From the NCBI GenBank assembly GCA_951406725.2, contig OX597817.1, positions 62,062,001-62,126,000 of the forward strand: 64,000 nt of DNA, written 5' to 3'. Each line of letters begins with the position of its first letter. The first letter of the stretch is position 1. The translations under genes were made by a program, and so were the position numbers. Under the pieces are notes generated by a model that worked only from the letters and a program-made list of their open reading frames with translations, searched no databases and was not told where the DNA came from. This document shows positions 1 to 11,179 of the stretch, in pieces. This DNA is from Octopus vulgaris. Lineage: Eukaryota.

Positions 1-20
1 GACACACATTATATAGCAAA

Positions 21-746
21 TATATATATTTATAAAGCTGAAGTTGTCTGCGTGTGTGACAGGTTTGGTAGGCTTCAACTAAAACTATCTCCTCCAAGAC
101 CCTGTGGCGCAAGTTGACCAAAATTGAGAGTATGATAGAAGACGGCTTGCTCTTCATTTCGTAGAAGAAAAAATTCAAATCGGACCATGTTAAGACCAAA
201 AATTATTTACATCAAAAAGGTGCTTTTTTCTATGAAAATCCCTATTTTTTAATGATTTATTGACTGTTGTATCGCCCTTTTTCGGTGTATTTCAACCAGA
301 AAAATGTTCACTTAAAGAGAATAACAAGCTACATAATGCAAAATTTTTACTTTTCAAAAATTCCAATTCTAAAGGGTCGAAAAAATTTTTGTTGTGATGT
401 CATTGGTTTTGAGCGAACGACAGATTTTTGTACTTTTTCCTGAATACTGTTGCAGTGTTAACTTCTTAATGGATTTTACTGTTCGAAACTTGCTTCATTT
501 TGCTTTAAATCTACGGGTAATTTTTTTTCTCCACAATGTTAATAGAAGGAATATTAACCAACAATACCAACAATTGAAGTCGGCATTACACATTTGCAGC
601 ACATTCAGAGCAAACTCGAGCATCGCCACACTATACTGTTATTCATAGATTGAAACTATGTCAAAACTTTGTTAACGCGACATCAAAGTCTGCCATTTAA
701 GCGCAACTAAAAAACAAACCCGAGCAACGCTGGGGTATACTGCTAG
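21..746 (+). mobile_element. Non-autonomous Helitron
   Basis: Ends in CCCGAGCAACGCTGGG hairpin, then tatactg-CTAG|T (743-746). 5' part is TATATAT..TATAAAGCTGAAGTTGTCTG. Second copy on the minus strand at 36870-37805. Confidence 0.75.
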
Positions 747-969
747 TATTCAATAAAATAAACAATCACCTGCTGGCATTTACCCAACGCATTACACACA
801 CAACACACAATACAAATACTAGTACAACAAAAACTGCACCAGACCCGACAAAAAAGGAACTGATGCCATACAATACCGGGAAGAGTTTGCACACGTACCA
901 ACTACACGGAGGTGCAGCAGTTATACAGAAGAAATTTGCCTGAAACTTCCAAATGATTAATAATAATGA

Positions 970-1185
970 TGGTTTCAAATTTTGGCACCAGGCCAGTAAT
1001 TTCGGGATAGGAGGTAAGTCGATTACATCGACCCCAGTACACAACTGGTACTTTTTTATCGACTCCGAAAGGACAATAGGATGAAAGGCAAAGTCGTGCG
1101 GATTTTGAGCTCGGAACATAGACAGACGCAATGCTGCTTAACATTTTACCGGTCATACAAACGCTTCAGCCAGTTCGCTGCCTTG
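970..1185 (-). mobile_element. tRNA-derived SINE family A (Nin/Deu-like domain), degenerate
   Basis: Reverse complement of the ggcggcgagctggcagaa..gactttgcctttcatcctttcggggtcgataaa..ctggggtcgatgtaatcgac repeat seen many times in the window. Confidence 0.75.
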
Positions 1186-1541
1186 AAAATAATAATCTTC
1201 TCTACAGTAAGCACAGAACCAGAAATTTTAGGGGATGGAGCTAGTCGATTACTTCTACTCCAGAGATCTGAAATGAGGCTTGGGTTAGTCACAGATTTCC
1301 GGCTGCTTCCCTCAGAATGCCGTGCGCAAATGAAACTGGTGATTTGAACACAACGTTGTTGTAAACGAGAAATCCTTCTCGCAAGAGATACACTACAGTG
1401 TTCAGTTTACTTAGCGTCTGAACCTGCCAAGATGTGTGAAGAATAAATATGCAAATATTCATTACAGATTTCGCAGTAGACGTGCAAATAATGCGTGTGT
1501 GTGTGTGTATGTGTATCTGTATAAAATGTATGTATATATGC

Positions 1542-1572
<31 letters not shown>

Positions 1573-1673
1573 CGTATGTACTTAATACAAACACACACAT
1601 ATATGTACATATACACCGTACACTGTATAGACGTATATACATACATGCATCTATATATATGTACAAACATGTA

Positions 1674-1726
<53 letters not shown>

Positions 1727-1778
1727 ATGTATATATAAATATATATCTATGTATATATATATGTGTGTATATACATGT

Positions 1779-2490
1779 GCGTCCTCAAAGTCCATCCCCT
1801 CCTCACCGTGGTGGGGACGCTGGCAACGGGTAGTGTCAGAGCTATGCCATCGGGAACTTCGGTTCCTGGTAGGGCCACCCAAGGCGGATTGGTCTGACAC
1901 CGAGTGGTATTAGGGCCACAACCCGGTGAAAATCCTCGGAATGTTTGCTTCGGCAACCGGCGGCTCCTCGGTCGTTCTGTATCTGCGTCTGCGGACAATC
2001 TGCAGCAAACAGGATGTCTCTACATGCGGGATTGTTGGGGACCGCTTGTGAAATCCGCATATTCCCACGAAAGTTCTTCGCTGCCGTCGAGTGGATCGAG
2101 TTCCCACCGCCAATCTCCGACTTCGCCTGTCTCTGCGACCCCTTCCATCTGTCCTTCTGCAACGGCGCTTGCGGTGGTTTGGCCATGCATGTACGCGTCC
2201 GGTGGGCGAACTGAGCCGTGATGTCCTTCTCCCAACTCCACTTCCCAACTGGCGGAAACGTGCGGGCGGGCAGCTGAAGACCTGGATTATGACGATCAAG
2301 GAGGACCTCTTCGTGCTCACGGGACTGCTGGTGGTCGGCCTGCGCCGATGGAACCGTGACTGGCTCGCTATCTCTAGTGAACTGGCGCAGGACCGTCGTG
2401 CGTGGGCTGCCATGGTTCTAGATGTCTCGAGGGTGGTAGAAGAAGCCGACTCAACCCGCCCAGGATGAATGTCACCACAAGTACAAGTAT
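1779..2490 (+). mobile_element. RTE-clade LINE, internally deleted (5' UTR joined to ORF C-terminus)
   Basis: ORF 2091-2468 has LQRRLRWFGH...RKRAGGQLKTW...LAQDRRAW, typical of the RTE C-terminus. Short (CAAGTA)2 tail. GC-rich island between (TA)/(TATG) microsatellites. Confidence 0.85.
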
Positions 2491-2731
2491 ATGTATGTGT
2501 ATAATATATATACATATGTATGTATACATACATACACAAGCATATATCCACAGATATAGAAATCTTATAATATACACATGCGCACATATGCGTAGGGAGG
2601 GAGAAGTTATGGAAGAGAGAGGAGAAGAGAAAAAAAGAAAGGATGTGAGAGAAAAAGAGAGAGGTGAAGAGAGGGGCAGAGAGGAGCAGAGAGATAGATT
2701 AATCCTGATCGACATGCACACATGCATTTAA

Positions 2732-2769
<38 letters not shown>

Positions 2770-3547
2770 TCGTATGTAAAAGAAAGATCCCAAATTTACC
2801 GCATCTTGAAACACACGAATCTTTAAGCCTGTATGTAATTTTTTTCCTCGATATCTTTACCAATGCAATTTTGCATTATTTCATTTATATCAATTGCAAA
2901 TGGAACGAATGATGGACGTTTGGTAATTATTTCTATTCAACAGCAAAGACAGTTCTTTATTTTCACAGCAATCTCAATCCCTTACTATTGCTACATCAAT
3001 TATTTCGTACGATTACTATTTTTGTCAGAGCAATAATTTCAGTTAAGTTGTGTGTGTGTGTATGTGCGTGTGGGTGTATGATTGTGCGTGTTTTCCAGCT
3101 TCTTCTATAGTAGGTGATTCTTCTTTGTATCGTCACCTTTTTTTCTCGTAGGAGTGAAGATCTGCAAGGCTTTCAAGAATTTTGCATTAAAATAATATTA
3201 GAATTGACTGACTAATGTAGGTTTCTATCTTAATCTGTTGTGTCTCTATAAAGCTGCTCACATACTGATGCTATGTGGTGTAATATCTTAGGAAATTATC
3301 CACATAGGCAATATCTATTATCATTAATAAAACACTTATGAATATTCTATTCTGTATATTTACTGGCATTACTTGTTTTCCAGGGGAAATGTTACTGTAT
3401 CTATGCAAAATTTTCTGCATAGATAAGCGATGTGTGTGTGTATATGCATGTGTGTGTGTATGTGTGTGTGCGTACATGGTGTGTATTATTTCAGACATTC
3501 AGTAAACGTTGTCCTCATCGCATCCGCCAAAATGTCTGCCATTATCA

Positions 3548-3628
<81 letters not shown>

Positions 3629-3639
3629 CATCATCATCA

Positions 3640-4560
3640 TCAAAGGCGCTTGGCACCTGGAGTGTCGACAAGCTCTCACAGACCTATGTCAGTGGGGCAA
3701 TGTGGCCACTGGAAGTTCCACATTGGAGATATATAGTGGATCAGTGTCGGGTAAGAGTGGCAACATCATCTGGGCGTCGGGGGAGAGCAATAAGCTGGTC
3801 TTTTCCAAAGAATCTTTGGGCCAAGTCTGTAGACAATTTTCAGATACCCATAGTCTAGCATTGCTACTGAGAGGCTCTGCCAGTTTCATGACAAGTTCTA
3901 CAAGCACGGAAGTGCTGTCAAGCGTACTTCTTTGAGATGAGCGCAGAACAGCAATGAAACCGTTTTGCATGTCCGGGCCGCAAATTTTTTCCCACGAGTG
4001 TTCCGGAACTCATTTGCATACAGCCAATCAGAGCTCACTTTGACCATGTCAAGTTAACAAACACATTCTACCAAGTAAACTCAATACGAAGAACAATGTT
4101 GTAAATCGACCGATCGCCAAGTTATGCCTGATTTTAGGAGACAAGTAATTAGATAGATTTGCATCTATGTCTATTATCGGATTTTGTTAGGGCCCTAGAA
4201 AGTAAACGACAACACAAATAACTACGCAGAGGCAGTCATGGTTGAAACAGGAACAAGAACAAGCATTATTAAAAGAGAAAAGACGCATGGTCATTCCTTA
4301 CCCAAATGATCTTATCCTATCGCCCATCACTTGCGCTCATAAATTAATTTAATAGTTGAGCTCTGATTGGCTGTATGCAAATGAGTTCAAAAATGGGGTC
4401 CGGAACTCTCGTGGGAAAAAAATTTGCGCCCGGGCCTTGCTGACTTGTGGAGTTTTGTCGAGTAGCTGTTGACTTTGTGTGGTGGATGTAATTATCAGCA
4501 GAGTCCATTGTGAGGATCGACCCGCAGCCTTCTTTTGGCTGGGTGGAAAAGTCTAACTAC
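3640..4560 (-). mobile_element. RTE/BovB-like LINE 3' fragment, degenerate, interrupted by a MITE
   Basis: Minus-strand G-HAKRF motif and decayed C-terminal CxxC..HIGL-like finger; ends in (GAT)/(AAT) tail. Confidence 0.45.
3973..4434. mobile_element. MITE / non-autonomous DNA transposon with ~70-80 bp TIRs
   Basis: ccgggccgcaaatttttttcccacgag..ttccgga..actcatttgcatacagccaatcagagctca (3973-4037) is the inverted repeat of tgagctctgattggctgtatgcaaatgagt..tccggaactctcgtgggaaaaaaatttgcgcccggg (4357-4434). Confidence 0.85.
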
Positions 4561-4847
4561 TAGGCCTTCAAAGCTGAGGTATAGTTTAAAAATAAAACAT
4601 GCCCTCTTACACCTATATGTTCCAGAACATAAGGAAAGATCTTATAAAAAACCACGCAACATAAAACAACGAAAGTAATTGAGGAGGAGCAATTTGTTCA
4701 AAACAGCAACGAAATCCCTCTTTAAGAAAATAAAGAAACTGACAGAGCACGAAGAACTAAGCATCACCGTCCGTTGAAAATGAAAGGAAAATAATTTATA
4801 GAAAAAATTATGCATCTTTGGTACCAATTATTATCATTATGAATGTC

Positions 4848-5340
4848 AGTGAGATGGTAGAATCGTAAGGGCATCGGAGAAAGTGTTCTTTGTTATTTGT
4901 TCCGGCTTCTTAAGGTATGAGTATAAGTACCTCACCGAGGCTAACTTTGCTTTTCCATCCATTCCTACTCAATAAAATGCCCAGTAAATGTACTTGTTAA
5001 ATATCGTGGTAAAAGGTATCGACTAACATCTCCGCCTCAAGAATTCCTGCCTTGGTGTCTAAATGCGAAACTGTTACATCATCGAATGGTGATTCTGTAG
5101 GAAATATGCGTCACGTTAATTCATTGGATGATGAATGTGCTGGCAGAATCGTTAGAACATTGGACAAAATGCTAATCAGCATTTCTTCCAGCTTTACGTT
5201 CGGAGTTCAAATTTGGCCGAGGTCGGGTGTGTTTTCCTTGCGGGATCTATAAAATAAAGACCTGTAGAACACTGGGGGTCGACGTAATCAATTAGACCCT
5301 CCCCTAAAATTTCAGGCCTTATAACTACAGCAGAAAGGCA
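4848..5340 (+). mobile_element. Two tandem degenerate SINE family A copies
   Basis: gagatggtagaatcgt / gctggcagaatcgttag heads; ctggggtcgacgtaatc; aatttcaggcctt tail. Confidence 0.65.
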
Positions 5341-6079
5341 TTAGTTGTGTGTGTGTGTGCTTGGCTGAGAATGTACAATGTGTATTATGATACTGAATTG
5401 GAAATGTGCAGGATCTGAGTTGCAGATCCGCACTTAAAATTAATATTTTTGGACAGTATATAGATTTGCGAGTTATTAATTTTATTGGCTCTTGCTAGAA
5501 ATCATTATTACCAATACTGTTAGTAATAATTACTATTAAATTTGCCGTTGTTGTTGTAGCGAACTATTTGAAGAACTAACAATTATTCACATTACTATAG
5601 CTATTGCTTGAATAATTGACAAAATGAAATGCTTTATATATAGGTAGATATAATAAAGGAAGCAAAAGCAATAACAACAATCTCTCTCTCTCTCTTTCTC
5701 TCCTCCTTTCTCTCTCATACACACACACTCATATTTACACACAGACACAGACACACATAAAACAAAATAAGAACATTCATTTCAACAAAGTTCAGCCATC
5801 TTACATTTAATAAATGAGCTCCACTTAGCAGAAAAGCAATTACGTTTTTCGTAATTCTAAATTTAATTTCAAATTAGTTTTTGAACAATTTCAAAATCAA
5901 CTCCATATTCACTAATACAAACATCATAAAATATATATTCTCGATGTTCAAATATATTTCTAAATCAATGATGGTTTTCATTTATTTCTATATTTATATA
6001 TTATGCAATATGTTTAACTAAAGATACGAGACAATAATAATTACGCCACACAAAAGATTGAATTCCTATACCTATGAAT

Positions 6080-6830
6080 TCATACGTATTCAGCTTTGAC
6101 TAGTGAATGCATGTTTGACAACCGGAATATCGCAATTACTGAAAGCATTTGTATCCATTCAGCACATTCAAGGCAGCTGGTGTTATTTGTCATATGATGG
6201 ACGTTTATCATTAACCATTGTATTAACAACGAAATTCTCTCAGCTTTTGGCAGCAATATAAAGGAGTTTCCACACAGCATAGAGAACTAGTGATGTGCCG
6301 TCGTACAAAATTTATTGGGATTCATTCTATCTTTCCTCATATACAATAATACATTTTATCTTTCCAGCAGTGAGTCGCGTTGCCGCTGATTAAAAGTTTT
6401 GTTATATCTCTCAACTAGGATATTTCGTAACTGATGTGACAATTGTGATTTTCAACAATTTATATGATGGCTGCGTTGATAATTCTTCACATTTTGTTAC
6501 CCATTTAGTTCTGAGTGTTTATCAAGTAATTCTACTAGTTTGGTTTCTCAGGCTGAAAGTAATTTCTATGTTATTTCCCAATTAAATCATATCACTTTAT
6601 CTTCTTCCTTCTGATCCTCTGCTGCATCAAGATAACGTATCTTTATTCAAGCGTTAAGGCGACATCATAGGTGTAGAAAATAGACGATGTTTTAGCTCAG
6701 TCCCTTTACAATCTGATGAATCGTTCCATTAAAGCTCGAATAGGAAAACATTTGTTTTCATTTCCAACACTACACCTACCCAAAGTTTTCTTCATTTGTA
6801 CTACTTGATTATGGAATTTAATTGTATCAC
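6080..6830 (-). pseudogene. Possible highly decayed LTR-retrotransposon integrase
   Basis: Minus-strand ILVERYNKT motif near 6395-6425 resembles Gypsy integrase (NGLVERxNxTL); many stops. Confidence 0.3.
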
Positions 6831-6833
6831 CTA

Positions 6834-9180
6834 CTAGCAGAATTGCCCGGCGATGCTCGGCAAATATTGATATAAGTTTACGGTGGGAGATAAGGACTTA
6901 ACGATCAAACGTGTGCCATTGCATTGTTTTGGGGGAACCAAATTTCTAATGAGCATTATAGGGACACCAACTTTAAGTTTGAGAATGTGTGGTGGTAGTC
7001 CGGGGGCTCAAAGGAATTGAGTACCTCTATTGGATAGTTGATGACGTCCTCTGGGTCAGGAGTTGTATCGATAGACTTATATACATAGAAATCCCCAGGA
7101 ATGAGTTTTAGCATTTCATCATTAATATAGTGAACAGTTTTATTCCTCGGGGCCAGAATAGCCCTTTGGCCAATCCAATCCATATTCTGATAATTAGCTT
7201 GTTGATCTGGGAACACTGCATCTCTGAGATCAGAAGGCGTTTTAACAATGGTACAAATGGAATCGATGGCAATATTACCATTTTCATCCCCTGGTATTTT
7301 GCCTTCGCCAAGTGCAAGGAGGGTGTGAGAAAATGCTGCTGATGTGATATTACGTCGCATATGAGCACGCATATTGGTGTGAAGTTTGAGAGTCTTCACC
7401 AGTGGCCACAATGTGGATGACTTTAGACACGCACTTACTGCATCAGCTCTAGTCCCTTTGGGAATAACGGGAAGTGTTTGTCGGAAGTCCCCTGAAAGAA
7501 GAAGTGTTATGCCTCCCATGGGAGCTGAAGAGTGTTTGATGTCTCCGAGAGATCTATCTAGTGCCTCAAGAGCACCTCTGTGGGCCATCGTGCATTCATC
7601 TCAAACGATAAGCTTGCATCGTCTGAAGACTTCTGCCTGATCGGAGCTGTTACTGATGTTGCAAGTTGGTGTCTCAGTCTTCGCTAAGTCAAGCGGAACC
7701 TTGAAAGTGGAGTGAGCTGTCCTGCCGCCTGGCAACAAAGTAGCCGCAATTCCAGATGATGCCACAGCTAGGGCAATGCCTTGTGTTCGCCTAATCTCAG
7801 CCAATATTAATTTGTTGACAAAAGTTTTCCCAGTGCCTCCAGGAGCGTCCAGGAAAAAAATTCCCCCAGCTTTGGCCTGGACTGAATTAACAACGGAGTT
7901 GTAAGCGAACTTCTGTTCTGGAAGGAGCTTTGGCTCATTGTCGGCTATGCACTCGGCAAGCTCATCAACATTAAAACATGTCTCACGCAACAAATGTGAA
8001 GACAGAGTGTTTGTGCCTTCCCGGTTTGTTGAAGCTAGGCCATAGACCGGCAAGGCACTACCGCCCATATCAAGTACAGTATCTTCGAACGTAGTTTGTT
8101 ACCACATAGCCACACCTGCCCCTATGTATGTATGTGTGTGTGTGTGTGTGTATGGGTAGATATATCATGCATGTATATATGTGTATATATATATATATGT
8201 GTATATATATATATGTGTACATATTACATGTACATCTATACATACATCTACACATAAAATACAAAATACAAAGTTATATCTTGATATCGCTAGTGATAAC
8301 AATACTCAAAATATATAACAGACTGGAATTGTAGGCCCGTCTCTTGCAATTTCGATCAATTGGATCTTGTCCTCCCTCTTGTATAGAAGTGTATGGCTGC
8401 AGCGAAATTCATTTTTGGACTTTCTTCTATCGAAGGCATTTTAACAAAAATGCTTCCGTAAAGACGGTGAACATATTGTCAATTTCCCCAAACAGGGACA
8501 CAATTCAATTTTGAAACAATAGCCAAAGCCCCTTCTCCGAAAGGGGGAGGGTTACAGTTTACAATTATTTAACAAATGCAACACAACAACGTTTCCCAGA
8601 CGAGGAACCAACAAACGTGATTACAATAGTCAAACAGTAATAATAATAACATCAAACCTTTTAAATTTATCCCCATTTATGTGAAACCACTTATTCAAGT
8701 TCAAGTCATTGATGCAATTTTATACGAATTGCTAATACACACACACACATAATAAGGGTGAAAAATTGAATATTAATTTGATTAATATGAATTGAAAACC
8801 AGTGGTGTAGCATATAAGACCATAGCGGATCTTCCTCTAGCAAAAAGGATGACCAGTATTAATGGCTCATCCCTGTTATATAAATATTTTCACTTTAATT
8901 GTTGCACACTTGCAAAGAGAAATGAGGAGAAAGTGTAGTGGTAATGGAAAGAGTGAAGCACTTTATATGAGAGAGGCAAATCATAAAATATTGAATTTTC
9001 TCGAACTTTTGCTTAATCGGGGGTCAAATTGAAAAAACTTTACATGCCATGACCCAATGGAATCTACTTGGAAAAATCATAGGTAAATTCCAATTGAAGA
9101 AATTCTATATTGTATAAAAATTGTATAAAAAACGAAAGATTTGGGAGGCAGAGAAAATCTGCCTTTTATCATTAGAGAGA
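6834..9180 (-). mobile_element. Helitron, internally deleted
   Basis: Minus-strand 5' end A|TCTCTCTAATGATAAAAGGC at 9180. 3' end GCCGAGCATCGCCGGGC hairpin + aattctg-CTAG|T at 6834. Consistent with A^T insertion without TSD. Contains a helicase remnant. Confidence 0.8.
6880..8068 (-). pseudogene. Helitron RepHel PIF1-family helicase domain, pseudogenised
   Basis: FLDAPGGTGKT (Walker A), ASSGIAATLL, GRTAHSTF, IV*DEC (TGA at ~7601 where W is expected), GDFRQ, AILAPRN. Frameshift at ~7000, then [27 protein letters not shown]. Confidence 0.93.
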
Positions 9181-9210
9181 TACTCCACACCTATCCAATT
9201 GGTATTATTA

Positions 9211-9298
<88 letters not shown>

Positions 9299-9299
<1 letters not shown>

Positions 9300-9582
9300 T
9301 TATGTTTGATTTTTGCTTTACATTTGTACAAGTTGGCTCCAAGTCTCACTCAGAGACCTCAAGAGACAACAAGTTGGAAGTTCATGTTGGTGTTATACCA
9401 AGGATGACATATATTTGGTTTTGTACATAGTGTTGTTCTAGAGAATGTTTAAGAAACCATAATAAAATTAAGTTTGATCTAATACTTGAGATTACATAGA
9501 AAGTATTTTGCGTAGGATATGAGCAGTTCACATGAACACTATCTTTTGAATTTCTGCCACTTTGGGGTTTCCTGGTATCTCT
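9299..9582 (-). mobile_element. Dong/R4 RLE-LINE 3' end inserted in (TAA)n
   Basis: IPGNPKVAEIQKIV..TAHILRKILS* plus 3' UTR, flanked on both sides by (TTA)n. Shorter copies of the same UTR at 13187-13275 and ~15815-15842. Confidence 0.75.
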
Positions 9583-9619
9583 ATTATTATTATTATTGTT
9601 ATTGTTATTGTTATTGTTA

Positions 9620-9670
<51 letters not shown>

Positions 9671-9915
9671 GTAGTAGTAGTAGTAGTAGTATGCTGCAAT
9701 ACTGTGAAGTCACGGAAATTAGGTAATCCGTAAGTTGAAAAGGTGTTCCTAAACGTTTCGGCCTTCAAAGACACCGTCTTTTCATTTCTATTGTTATCAT
9801 TGCATTTCTGAGATTGTCTGGACTGCGCAAATAGTGCTTTTGTGTAGAACCCCCCCCTGCAGGGGATGCGCTTCATTAATTTTTGAATTTTAACTGCTTT
9901 CGACAAAAACAAATA

Positions 9916-11170
9916 CAGTGGGGAGGAATAAATATTCGTACATGTCAAAATTATTTATTTAATTTCTAATGAACATAAATGGGATATACCAATACTATAT
10001 TTGGACACAGATGCATAAACTAAGATTTTTGAAAATGTTTCTAAAAATTTTCAACAAAATTTTGGAACGTTTTTTGAAAATTTTCATCAAAATTTTTCGA
10101 AAAGTTTTTTGAAAATTTTCATCATAATTTTTGAAAAGTTTTCTAAAATTTTCCATAAGAACTTTTCAAAAGATTTTTGAAAATTTTCATCAAAATTTTT
10201 GAAAGTTTTCACCAAAATTTTAGAAAGTTTTCACCAAAATTTTAGAAAAACTTTTTGAAAATTTTCAGAAAACTTTTCAAAAATTTTGATGAAAATTTTC
10301 AAAAAGCATTACGAAAATTTTGATGAAAATTTTCAAAAAACTTTTCGAAAATTTTGATGAAAATTTTCATAAACCTTTTCTAAAATTTTAATGAAAATTT
10401 TCAAAACTCTTTTCAAAAGTTTTGATGAAAATTTTGATGAAAATTTTGATGAAAATTTTCAAAAAAACTTTTTCAGAAATTTTCAAAAACTTTTCTAAAA
10501 TTTTGATGAAAATTTTCAAAAATCTTTTCAAAAGTTTTGATGAAAATTTTCAGAAAACTTTTCAAAAGTTTTGATGAAAATTTTCAAAAAACTTTTCAAA
10601 ATGCTTTTTCAGAAATTATTGATGAAAACTTATCGAAAACTTTGATGAAAATTTAAAAAAAAAACTTTTCAAAAGTTTGGATGAAAATTTTCGATGAAAA
10701 TTTTCAAAACTCTTTTCAAAAGTTTTGAAAATTTTCAGAAAACTTTTCAAAAACCTCGATGAAAATTTTCAAAAAACTTATCGAAAACTTTGATGAAAAT
10801 TTTCAAAAAACTTTTCAAAAATATCGATGAAAATCTTCATCAGAATTTTCGGAAATTTTCCTCAAAACTTTTGAAAAGTCTTTTGAAAATGTTCATCGAA
10901 ACTTTTGAAAAATTTTCTGGAAATTTTCATGAAAATTTTCTATGCCATAAAATACTGTTAAAATAATTTTTTTAAATAGAACTTTCTCGTTTGTTCCAAT
11001 AATCTTCTCAGTTGTCATTTTTAAGTGTCAAAACGCTAGCTTTCTCATTCAGCACTGAGTAGTATCATATTAATGGCGAAAAGTAAAGAACTCACAAATG
11101 CAGTGAAAAACTTAATTATTGAACAGTGGAAAGCAGGTAAAAGTTACAGGAAAATATCAGAGACCCTTTA
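9916..11170 (+). mobile_element. Tc1-like transposon 5' remnant
   Basis: TA|CAGTGGGGAGGAATAAATATT left end. ATG at 11073 encodes MAKSKELTNAVKNLIIEQWKAGKSYRKISETL (Tc1 paired-like HTH N-terminus), then truncated. Confidence 0.7.
10025..10942. repeat. AT-rich minisatellite (~32 bp unit) with orientation switches
   Basis: Repeats of aaacttttcaaaaattttgatgaaaattttca. Opposite orientation (aattttcatcaaaatttt) at ~10030-10240 and ~10830-10940. Confidence 0.9.
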
Positions 11171-11179
11171 CGTGTTGTG

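Noticed and set aside
5405-5434. Hairpin gtgcaggatctg/cagatccgcac
   Set aside because: Isolated short stem with no supporting context
6956-8068. Host PIF1 helicase gene
   Set aside because: Intronless, has a stop and a frameshift, and is bounded by Helitron termini
10025-10942. CRISPR-like regular repeats
   Set aside because: No unique spacers, degenerate tandem units, eukaryotic context, no cas genes
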